DNA from: a virus
IMG/VR virus record: IMGVR_UViG_3300037461_000748
Coordinates: 1-64,000 of that record
Length of the DNA: 64,000 bases
Strand: one strand, 5' to 3'
Below, in pieces: positions 56,801 through 64,000 of the stretch. A model generated the notes under the pieces. The model made no database searches and had not been told where the DNA came from. It saw only the letters and a program-made list of their open reading frames with translations. The position numbers and the translations under genes were made by a program. Each line of letters starts with the position of its first letter. Position 1 is the first letter of the stretch.

Positions 56801-56907
56801 AAATAATAACCAGTTTTTGTCTGTGTATATAATACATCTAAATTAGAGTCCCGGACTCCGTAATAACCATTTTTGTATCCACGTACAAAAAATGTAAAAT
56901 CAGCCAT
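53866..56907 (-). CDS. Adhesin-like virion protein: beta-propellers, Calx-beta and three carboxypeptidase-regulatory-like repeats
   Basis: VDYQTSDGTA Calx-beta; YNISGQVT..GVTLTISG..TNASGYYSFTGL x3. Confidence 0.75.
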   Translation of the reverse strand: MADFTFFVRGYKNGYYGVRDSNLDVLYTQTKTGYYFAVDRSDESFFVVESQILYNKTKSGVIISSTSVVDIDPDFYGVNPLLFDGNYLYGWVYAQRSIYRWNKELTVRNDWALDAAFEPGEVITLAKSSRDGNYIYLLISGTTSKLAKFTLSESGLLDSPLWIIDCADIVADLQTYTIDDDTNGNLYISGNISGDYNGVLAKLSGVDGSVVWSNTGKEGCFSIFAAYSSETDSIYIIDFEDTQRVWQYDAATGNYIGKTIELPADLGNSIIICDSDTLVVGCTGSNPYVYAFDISSDWGEDESYIDSALQPGASIYFSGFGDPAGHINNLIVGEDDITNYLSVGDSSDDESASVISFPVVLSGVSDGTVSVDYQTSDGTAIASTDYVAASGTLSFVSGVYNYDIDITIIPNALFEDDKTFFVTLSNPVNAIISVDTGTGTILNDDPAPAFTDFTTMFYNNAPSGYQDYRCLDGDLDLAYEVNKSLDFPWSIAVNYYNDCFYVKQGGYLKKRVLSTSLETHSVLANDVGRLFCVDNFGYLWCNSSDATKIYKYSSDLSSYTTYNRKSAVTSPSYYKALPFCDSTMMIVLGYSDDYRVACFNIEDLDGGDPMWSTVIGEFYVDLAIDGDGNAYVTAGATDRYVKKYSVVDGTLQWSTLGGDLLAYNANLNSIFTVHTVETYDISGQVTNNYGGAPVDGVTMTISGTSNIDVTNISGYYSFTGLESGIYSVIPSKLGYSFVPSYQSYNPLSTDQSSQDYVAYLLATYNISGQVTDNNGALAGTTLTISGTATEALTNASGYYSFTGLTLGDYNVIPSMSGYTFVPTYRSYAPLNSDQGGQDYYGTQLTTYNISGQVTDFGGELEGVTLTISGTSTEALTNASGYYSFTGLSEDNYVIIPSMSGYTFVPTYRSYAPLNSDQGGQDYVAYNEYIVLNDRITEVVTDIVAGAVDMTNTNIVIGSGISESIPISGIITGVSSILPAVITIGSGLTEEAMISSGIIYSGLVASITATYSFA
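54142..54471. repeat. 81-bp identical direct repeat (54142-54222 = 54391-54471) within 249-bp domain repeats
   Basis: ATAGTCTTGTCCCCCTTGATCAGAG...GGACATCGATGG occurs twice. Confidence 0.9.
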
Positions 56908-56964
56908 AATACTTGACCTAACCTATTAAATTGTACTTCCTTATCAATTTTTAATGAAATAATA

Positions 56965-57171
56965 TTAAACTGTCGTTACTTTGTAAGTAACTGATACTTC
57001 TATTGAATCCAAAGCTTCAACGTCAATTCCAGTAATTCCATTAATTAAAGTTCTAGACACCATTCCCCTAGTAGAACTAGTTGGAGAATTTGAGTTACCG
57101 CATGTATACATTCCTAACTCCTTAGGAGTGATGGTTCCTCCAGAATTATTATACTTCAACTGTGACTTCAT
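56965..57171 (-). pseudogene. C-terminal fragment of the tail domain found in the 51504/52646 proteins
   Basis: NNSGGTITPKELGMY...MVSR...VTYKVT; overlaps the upstream gene out of frame. Confidence 0.45.
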
Positions 57172-58597
57172 CGCCAGTCTTCAGTTTTGTAATGTCTCTT
57201 CCAGTACTTTCCATTAACTTAAACTTATGGGTATCATCAGAGTATACCTTAGTAAATAAATCAAATTCCTTAATTTGACCCTCTCTCAACGTATTACCAG
57301 AAATCAATGTGAAGTCATCTAAGTAATCTGAGGCATATGTTCCATCAGTTAAAATAGCAAATCTTGTAACCTCATCGTCTACCTCATACTGAAAATTTAA
57401 CGTAGATGTTACCTCGTAGGTATAAATTCCCTCAGTTCCACTTATTGTAATATACTTATAATTACTATCATTTGCAATCCCTATTACTGTCCCGTTATAA
57501 TAACTAAAGGGTAATCCCATTATTAAAGCCAAGCCGTGTCTAATATTACTCATCGTAGGATGCTTTCTTACAACATTGGACATTGCGTAAGTCCAGTGAC
57601 ATAGATGTTGGGCGTACTTAATCTGACCATCATAATAAGTTTCCTCACCTATTCCACTTAGCCTTGGGTAATATAATTGCTCATTGGTCACATCAGAAAC
57701 ATTCTCAATTCCTAATCCTTTCCAATAATAATTAGTAACCATCGGTAATAGTGCGATGGCATTGTTAGCGATGAATAGTTCTCCCATTTCATAACCAGCA
57801 TTATCAGTATTATAAGAGATATAGCCCGGCAAAATCCCAGAAGACAATGGTTTTATAAATTTCAATTTACGGAGATCTTCTATCTCATAATCTGTATTTT
57901 CGTGTAATATCTGACCAGTATTAGCTCCACTAAGAGTAGGAATAGTCATGTAACATTGGTTATCAGGAATATTATATAAATAACCCCAAGTGGCTGTATT
58001 AGTTGAGGGTTCCAAGGAACCTGGAGTGTAAATCCCACTATCTACAAAGGTGTAAGTACCGCTAAGGGTATATGGTACCCCAGATACAGTAGTTAATAGA
58101 CCAAGACTACCAGGAACTCTACCATATATTCCGTACGAACTAATGCCTGACACTAAGCTCCACGTGATAGAATTGTAATTAGAAGTCAATGTTGTAGCAC
58201 CGCTAATTAGCGGAGCTTGCATAGATGGCGTAGATTCCCCGTAGTCAGTTTTACTAGTTATAGTATATACATATGCCTCTTGGTCAGAAGATTCTGATAC
58301 ATTGGTGGCCTGTACACTCGTTGGTGGACTAAATTTCAAATCGGAGACGTTCTTATTAGTTCCAGAGAATATTATGTTTAGTTCTTTAAATCTATCTTCT
58401 ATGTAGCCTTGTGTGTAATGTAAGAGCTTAGCTAGATGATTTTGCCTCAAATCATAATATAATCCGGCTACTGAATCTATCATTCCTTTCCAAAAATTTT
58501 TAATTCTATCCTTGGAATCCTCATCGAGATTTCTATAAAATGATCCTATGGAATCTAATAGGCCATCAAGATCAGTTGTATTATTAGGTGTAAACAT
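57149..58597 (-). CDS. Baseplate wedge-type protein with Fn3-like domain
   Basis: Follows the baseplate J-like gene; PPTSV..Y.YTIT..GES; PTMSNIRHGLALIMGLP. Confidence 0.6.
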   Translation of the reverse strand: MFTPNNTTDLDGLLDSIGSFYRNLDEDSKDRIKNFWKGMIDSVAGLYYDLRQNHLAKLLHYTQGYIEDRFKELNIIFSGTNKNVSDLKFSPPTSVQATNVSESSDQEAYVYTITSKTDYGESTPSMQAPLISGATTLTSNYNSITWSLVSGISSYGIYGRVPGSLGLLTTVSGVPYTLSGTYTFVDSGIYTPGSLEPSTNTATWGYLYNIPDNQCYMTIPTLSGANTGQILHENTDYEIEDLRKLKFIKPLSSGILPGYISYNTDNAGYEMGELFIANNAIALLPMVTNYYWKGLGIENVSDVTNEQLYYPRLSGIGEETYYDGQIKYAQHLCHWTYAMSNVVRKHPTMSNIRHGLALIMGLPFSYYNGTVIGIANDSNYKYITISGTEGIYTYEVTSTLNFQYEVDDEVTRFAILTDGTYASDYLDDFTLISGNTLREGQIKEFDLFTKVYSDDTHKFKLMESTGRDITKLKTGDEVTVEV

Positions 58598-61500
58598 TAT
58601 ACTTGCTCTACTCCAATTAATTCGTCTTCACTAGTATAAAAGGCGCCTACCGTATCATAACCAATTAAGTATGTTTGACCTTCCATTAATACAGTTGTCT
58701 TAGTAAACGTAGTATCATAATATCTGACACGAATTACTATATCAAGATCAACATAGTTTGCCCCATTATCATATAATAGATCTACTAAGTCAGATTTGTC
58801 AAAAGACCTCTCATCTAATGTTAAAAAATATTCAATGATCTTTTGCTTCATCAAGTTCGGTTTTAATCCACCAGAATACTCAAGCTTTTCGACATTAATA
58901 ATGTGTAATGGCATTACTTTAGCTTTAATATCTGCTGCCGGATATCTATAATCGGAGTTAGTTAATAGATTATTTACAAGATCGCCCTGAGCCCAATATA
59001 AGTATTCAACTTCTATCATTGTACCAGTCATATCATCTGAATCAAATATTATGTCATAGTTCGCTGCATCAGTAAATGAGGCCCCATTGTTATTATTAAT
59101 AATAGAGTAAGCACTTACATCAAATGGCACTTTAGACAAGTACTCACGAACTTCAATGATGTCTGCAATGTAGCCACGAAAGGATGTAGAATTAGTATTA
59201 ATTCTATTACCAGACATCGTAACAACTGTATTAGCCGTCTTAAGATTAGTAGGATCATAAACATACACATCAATTGCATTACCACGATGTAATCCGGAAG
59301 GGGCAGTATTATTAATTTGGACATAATAACTTCGCAATGCATGTACGGCATCGTCTTCAAAGTCAGGTCCACTATTAGTAGCTGATACAGCAATGTTCAC
59401 ATACATTTCTTCATCAAGATAGTCAGATAACGGAGTAAAGCTCTTAGTAAGCTTTAAGGAAGTCACATCTGCCAAACCATCATCTATGGTATTAGTATGC
59501 TCTCCAACTGTTATCCACCCATTAGAATCATCGACATCGTCTTCTGGTCTATATATCACACATTTAACACTGCTATGCCCATTTCCATCCTCTGCATATA
59601 GATACGGATCATAACCTACGCCATAATAATTTACTGTTAAAGTATCTGTTAGTGACCATTCAGATGTGTCAATTTTAAACCTAAATAAATGCATCGGAAA
59701 GTTTTGTGTAAATGATTTAATTATAAGATTATCTACATACCATTCATTGTTCCTAGTTTGTGCAACTCCGATGCCAAAGTGATTATAAGTTGCCTGAATT
59801 ACTTCAGTTCCGTCTGTCCTGGTAACCTTATCTCCGGATACAGGCACAAAAGGCGGATACGTAGAACCCCGATATAAAATTCTATTAGTAGTAGACAATG
59901 CCTCAGCCTCTCCATCCGCCCAGGAATCCGGAGCATTGGGGTCGTATATCCAACCTTCAAAACCTAAACTTTGATAGATTTTTAATCGAATTGTGTAATC
60001 GATGTCCGACTCTATCCAGGCTTTTCCTGCTACAAGAAACGAGTTTCTACCCGAAGTTTGGTCCCAAAGCTGGTCATGTCCAATCCAAACTTCTTCTTGT
60101 AACACATCGTTGTCTACCAGGTATACGTTATATTTCCAATATGCTTTATTCTCATATTTATGAAGATTTCCTACTAAGCCAAGAGCAATTGGATCGGCAT
60201 TATCATAATGTTCTTTAAAAGTATCAATGTCAGTTGAAGTGTAAGTACCTTTATCTATTCTAATCAACCAAGCTGGCTGCTTTCTCCAGGCTAGTCCGTA
60301 ACCATCGTGAGGTAAATATACCTCAGCGTTACGCAGCACTGTAATGTAACACATTTCCCCAGTATTAGTATTATCAGTTGTACGCATAGTAAGGTCAATG
60401 TAGATTCCCAGATGTTGATCAATCTGTCTATGAATAATTGGGGAAACATTGTTAAAATTAACTGGCGCTATCAGAGCATTAAGTTGATTATAAGCTGCTG
60501 TAGATGTTCCTAAGAAATTAGAACCTACTAAGTCCATGATACCAGAAATTGTGGCCAGAGGCACATTAATTGTCGCAGGCTGTTCTTCGGGATCAATGTT
60601 CTTGCCCAATACTAGTTCATTTCCTCGAATATCAATTTCATTGATGTAGAATAAGTCTTGTGTAGGATTAATACCATCATGAACAAACCAACTACCGGAG
60701 GCTAATACCAATGCTAAACTTGGCTGAACTCCAGCCTCTGACATCACATCGCCGAAATCTTCTCTAAGTATCACATCCTGTTCATAATATGCATACTCCA
60801 TGTCGTTCAATAAATACAAGCCTTGATACATGTCATCGGAGAACTCAGTACTCCACGATGTATAAGGAGGAATCTCCACATTTTCAGATTCATCAACGTC
60901 CTGGAAAACTCCCACGTAAGCAATATGTTTACTGTCATATGGACCAGTGTGGTGACCAGAATAAGTTAAATAAAAATCGTTCTCTGCATATTGTTCCAGG
61001 GTTCCTTCTAAGTTAGCAAGATCTCTAACCATTAAATCATTTCCTGCCCCAATTACCTCCGTCTTCACTACCGTAGTAAAGTTTTCCTTAATCTTACTAT
61101 CTAATGATTCTTTCGAAGCCAAACTCTTATTATAAACAGAATCAGTTATTCTATTAAAGAAAGTCTGATTGCCTTCTTTAATAGTTCCAGAGGTGAATGG
61201 TGTTGCATTAATAATTTTTACAGGAGTTGGAATATTAGTTTCACCTTGAATAGTAAATTGAGTCTCAGCGGGCTTGTTATACTCTGTACCAGCCTCTTTA
61301 GCAACTACATAGATTTCTCCAGAATCATAATATGGATACTCTGAAATATTAGTATCCATTTGCACCTTTGGAACATAAATATCAGAACTAACTTCGTACT
61401 CTAGTCCATCATTTGTCACTAATATTGTCCCATTCTCTATGGACAACGTTATCCCATGATTATAATAGAATTTAACATACCCAGCAGCCTTTGTTCCAGA

Positions 61501-61749
61501 ATTCCTTGTTAATAAGAAATTCATAGCAATGGCGTCAAGATCTTCTTCTGTGATAGTCGTAGGATCCGACAAAGACTGTAAATCTAATATCTCCTGATGC
61601 TCACTTTGGTATTCTTCTAATAATCTTGACAGTGGTAAAATTAATAGATCATAAAAAACACTACCAGGCTTAATATCTGGTCTGGTGGCTTCTTCAGGAT
61701 ATAACTCTCTTATCTTGTTTAGTAAGTATTCTTTTGTGTTAATAGCCAT
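58597..61749 (-). CDS. Baseplate J-like protein (large)
   Basis: GSVFYDLLILP, LDAIAMNFLLTR..G.KA.G.V.F, A..AGTEYN, GTIKE. Confidence 0.75.
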   Translation of the reverse strand: MAINTKEYLLNKIRELYPEEATRPDIKPGSVFYDLLILPLSRLLEEYQSEHQEILDLQSLSDPTTITEEDLDAIAMNFLLTRNSGTKAAGYVKFYYNHGITLSIENGTILVTNDGLEYEVSSDIYVPKVQMDTNISEYPYYDSGEIYVVAKEAGTEYNKPAETQFTIQGETNIPTPVKIINATPFTSGTIKEGNQTFFNRITDSVYNKSLASKESLDSKIKENFTTVVKTEVIGAGNDLMVRDLANLEGTLEQYAENDFYLTYSGHHTGPYDSKHIAYVGVFQDVDESENVEIPPYTSWSTEFSDDMYQGLYLLNDMEYAYYEQDVILREDFGDVMSEAGVQPSLALVLASGSWFVHDGINPTQDLFYINEIDIRGNELVLGKNIDPEEQPATINVPLATISGIMDLVGSNFLGTSTAAYNQLNALIAPVNFNNVSPIIHRQIDQHLGIYIDLTMRTTDNTNTGEMCYITVLRNAEVYLPHDGYGLAWRKQPAWLIRIDKGTYTSTDIDTFKEHYDNADPIALGLVGNLHKYENKAYWKYNVYLVDNDVLQEEVWIGHDQLWDQTSGRNSFLVAGKAWIESDIDYTIRLKIYQSLGFEGWIYDPNAPDSWADGEAEALSTTNRILYRGSTYPPFVPVSGDKVTRTDGTEVIQATYNHFGIGVAQTRNNEWYVDNLIIKSFTQNFPMHLFRFKIDTSEWSLTDTLTVNYYGVGYDPYLYAEDGNGHSSVKCVIYRPEDDVDDSNGWITVGEHTNTIDDGLADVTSLKLTKSFTPLSDYLDEEMYVNIAVSATNSGPDFEDDAVHALRSYYVQINNTAPSGLHRGNAIDVYVYDPTNLKTANTVVTMSGNRINTNSTSFRGYIADIIEVREYLSKVPFDVSAYSIINNNNGASFTDAANYDIIFDSDDMTGTMIEVEYLYWAQGDLVNNLLTNSDYRYPAADIKAKVMPLHIINVEKLEYSGGLKPNLMKQKIIEYFLTLDERSFDKSDLVDLLYDNGANYVDLDIVIRVRYYDTTFTKTTVLMEGQTYLIGYDTVGAFYTSEDELIGVEQV

Positions 61750-61765
61750 TGTTAATAAGTACTCC

Positions 61766-62206
61766 TTATATCGGTAAACTGATAGTTAGGACGTCATCAT
61801 CGTTTGTAAAAACATCCAACTTGACTTTCCATTGACCAGTTGATATTATGAACTTAGAGCTTCTAAGTCTAAGCTTATTAAGTTTTTCAGCATCTGTAAA
61901 AGTATCCCCATTATCCTCAGCTTCAGATTGTGCACGCTTGATTTCAGCTTCCAAATCTTTAATTGCTAAACTAAGATTAGTCTTAAACGTCTGAGACGCC
62001 GCTCCTCCGTAAGCTCCTCCGGGAAGATGTAAGAAATTAGATCCAATGGTTAATTCAAATCCATTACTTCCCTTCATAGTCAGAAGCTTCTTTATAATAT
62101 ACTGAATTAAATTGTCTTTTCCAATAGTTATTGTATTATTCTGTGGAAAGGATACATAGGTAGTATCATCTGTGTCCCAGTAAACTAGTTTAATATCTTT
62201 AGCCAT
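61766..62206 (-). CDS. gp25-like baseplate/sheath-initiator protein
   Basis: GKDNLIQ..IKKLLT..GS....IGS; position before the J-like gene. Confidence 0.6.
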   Translation of the reverse strand: MAKDIKLVYWDTDDTTYVSFPQNNTITIGKDNLIQYIIKKLLTMKGSNGFELTIGSNFLHLPGGAYGGAASQTFKTNLSLAIKDLEAEIKRAQSEAEDNGDTFTDAEKLNKLRLRSSKFIISTGQWKVKLDVFTNDDDVLTISLPI

Positions 62207-63995
62207 TTCTAGCAGCCTCTAAATCAATAATTTTAGTCATTTCTTTTAACATAGCGTATTTCTTCTTCAGGCCTGATATAGCCGAGGAAATGCCTAATTG
62301 TTGAGCCGTGCTTACGCCGGCTACAGTTAGCGTATTCTGAATACGAGTCAGTACACTTTCGTTCTTACCTCCCTGATTTATGTAATGTTGGGCTAAACAA
62401 CTTGTGGCACCAGTCGCAAAACTAGCAACATCTAAATATGAGGCAATGCCTGATAAATCTCCATGACGAACCTGATCTACCAATGTTCTTGCCAATGCGC
62501 TATTACCGGCTTCTAATTGATTTAACATATTATCAATTTGTCGCCTTAATATTGTAAACGTAGGCAAAGTTTCTATGGCAGTTAATACATTTTGTGACAA
62601 ATAATATTCTTGTTCGTCTAACTCAATCTGCTTAATTAACAAGGTTTCAATGGCCCTAAGTCCGGCAATTGTATTAGTAGCTACACCCGGATTTAGTAAA
62701 TTAAGGGCAAACACTGCTGATTTACCTACTAATGATAATAGATAATTGTTGGCTAAAGATACAACTTGATCTCCATATTCGGTTTTCTCAATTCCTGTAC
62801 TCTGATCCAGAGTCTTAGCACTAATGAAGTCTTCTAACTTAGTTAAAGAGGAATTTATTCTATCCATTGCACGAGTTATATCAGCCGTGTTAAGATTAGC
62901 TAGTCCTCCATAGCCTTTCAAATATAATCCATGTTCAGCACCAACTGTTCTGAGAAGAGTCTTAGCTTGTTCTAATTTTAATATCCAATTTCCAAACTTT
63001 TTGTTTAATAACATTTGTTGGGAGCTACCAGAATCACTTGTTTTTGATTTAATTGTAGCCTTCATGTCATCATAAACAGCCCTAAGATACGAATCTGCTG
63101 GAGAAATGATGGATTGAACAAGACCACTATGTTGTTCCATTATTTCCATAAACGTTGGTATTAATAACAACGCAGACTCAGATAATTTCGTAGCTGTCAT
63201 AATTCTTTGCCACGTAATATCTTTGGTATCAGCATTGGAGAACATCGAATACTCACGATTCTCATCAACTACGCCGAGCCAATCTGGAATAGTATCAGTT
63301 TCAAACCGCTTAGTAATATACTTGTCAATGGTATCATTCTTTAATATCCAGATTGGAAATCGATCCACTAATACTTTAGATGATCTTGAAATAACAGTAT
63401 TAATAGCAAACTTTCTTAGGAAATCTGGAAGAGCTGGAACCATTCTAAAGATAATGGCCTGTAGTTCCTTCTTGCCATCCTCTCCCGAATATTTATTCTT
63501 AAGCTCTGTTGTTATTTCTTTAATATACTTAAACCAGTTCCCATATTCAGTGTAAGCCTTTGTACTAAGACTTTCAATAGCAATGCTTGGCAGAGGAGTA
63601 CTAAGTTTATAATCTTTATGAAGAGATTTTAATAGTGCATTGGTCTCTTTAAATCCAGGAGTTAAATATCCGATTCCAGAATCAATGTCAGTAATAGCCG
63701 TTTGAATATTTTCGACAGAGACGTAATTAGACCTATTAATATACTTTGTAGCTTCCATATTAATGAGTCTTCTTGCTCTTGCCACATGATTGAAAGCTCT
63801 GTTTAGATTGCTAAAATACTCTCTTTGATACTCTACGGGAGTCTTTGCCAAAACACTAACCCAGTATAATATTGTTCTAACCTCTTGTAATAGAATTTTA
63901 GCTAAATCATATCTTCTTTTGACATCTGTTTTTAGAGCTGATGCGGCATAATACTTTAGTATCATCATTGCCCCCGGTACAGACGCAAACAACAT
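62199..63995 (-). CDS. Large helical virion-associated protein (N-terminus probably beyond the window)
   Basis: 598-aa ORF reaching the window edge, in the tail operon. Confidence 0.6.
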   Translation of the reverse strand: MLFASVPGAMMILKYYAASALKTDVKRRYDLAKILLQEVRTILYWVSVLAKTPVEYQREYFSNLNRAFNHVARARRLINMEATKYINRSNYVSVENIQTAITDIDSGIGYLTPGFKETNALLKSLHKDYKLSTPLPSIAIESLSTKAYTEYGNWFKYIKEITTELKNKYSGEDGKKELQAIIFRMVPALPDFLRKFAINTVISRSSKVLVDRFPIWILKNDTIDKYITKRFETDTIPDWLGVVDENREYSMFSNADTKDITWQRIMTATKLSESALLLIPTFMEIMEQHSGLVQSIISPADSYLRAVYDDMKATIKSKTSDSGSSQQMLLNKKFGNWILKLEQAKTLLRTVGAEHGLYLKGYGGLANLNTADITRAMDRINSSLTKLEDFISAKTLDQSTGIEKTEYGDQVVSLANNYLLSLVGKSAVFALNLLNPGVATNTIAGLRAIETLLIKQIELDEQEYYLSQNVLTAIETLPTFTILRRQIDNMLNQLEAGNSALARTLVDQVRHGDLSGIASYLDVASFATGATSCLAQHYINQGGKNESVLTRIQNTLTVAGVSTAQQLGISSAISGLKKKYAMLKEMTKIIDLEAARNG

Positions 63996-64000
63996 TGACA

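Noticed and set aside
1-64000. Stop-codon reassignment
   Set aside because: Long genes are intact and tightly packed under the standard code, and TAA, TAG and TGA all end plausible genes.

Overview
AT-rich 64-kb segment of a large (jumbo-type) tailed phage with contractile-tail-type baseplate genes, standard genetic code. It has four transcription blocks. (+) 1-17.4 kb: tRNA-Cys, a cluster of tRNA/tmRNA-like RNAs, and accessory genes (Thg1, PARP, RNase H, Pnkp, two RNA ligases, nicotinate phosphoribosyltransferase-like, ThyX, Csp, ClpP). (-) 17.5-26.4 kb: a 2445-aa single-chain beta/beta' RNA polymerase with an intein. (+) 26.5-35.1 kb: MoxR/vWA pair, a retron-type reverse transcriptase, a GC-rich non-coding island and a glycosyltransferase. 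(-) 35.2-64 kb: portal, actin-like ATPase, amidase, tail-fibre and baseplate genes. The strongest novel signal is the 500-bp region before the RT. It holds two complete retron-like msr/msd cassettes in tandem that share a1/a2, branching-G and CGTTTCG-hairpin architecture but have very different msd templates, so one RT may make two msDNAs. All calls come from reading motifs and base-pairing by eye; no database searches or folding programs were run.
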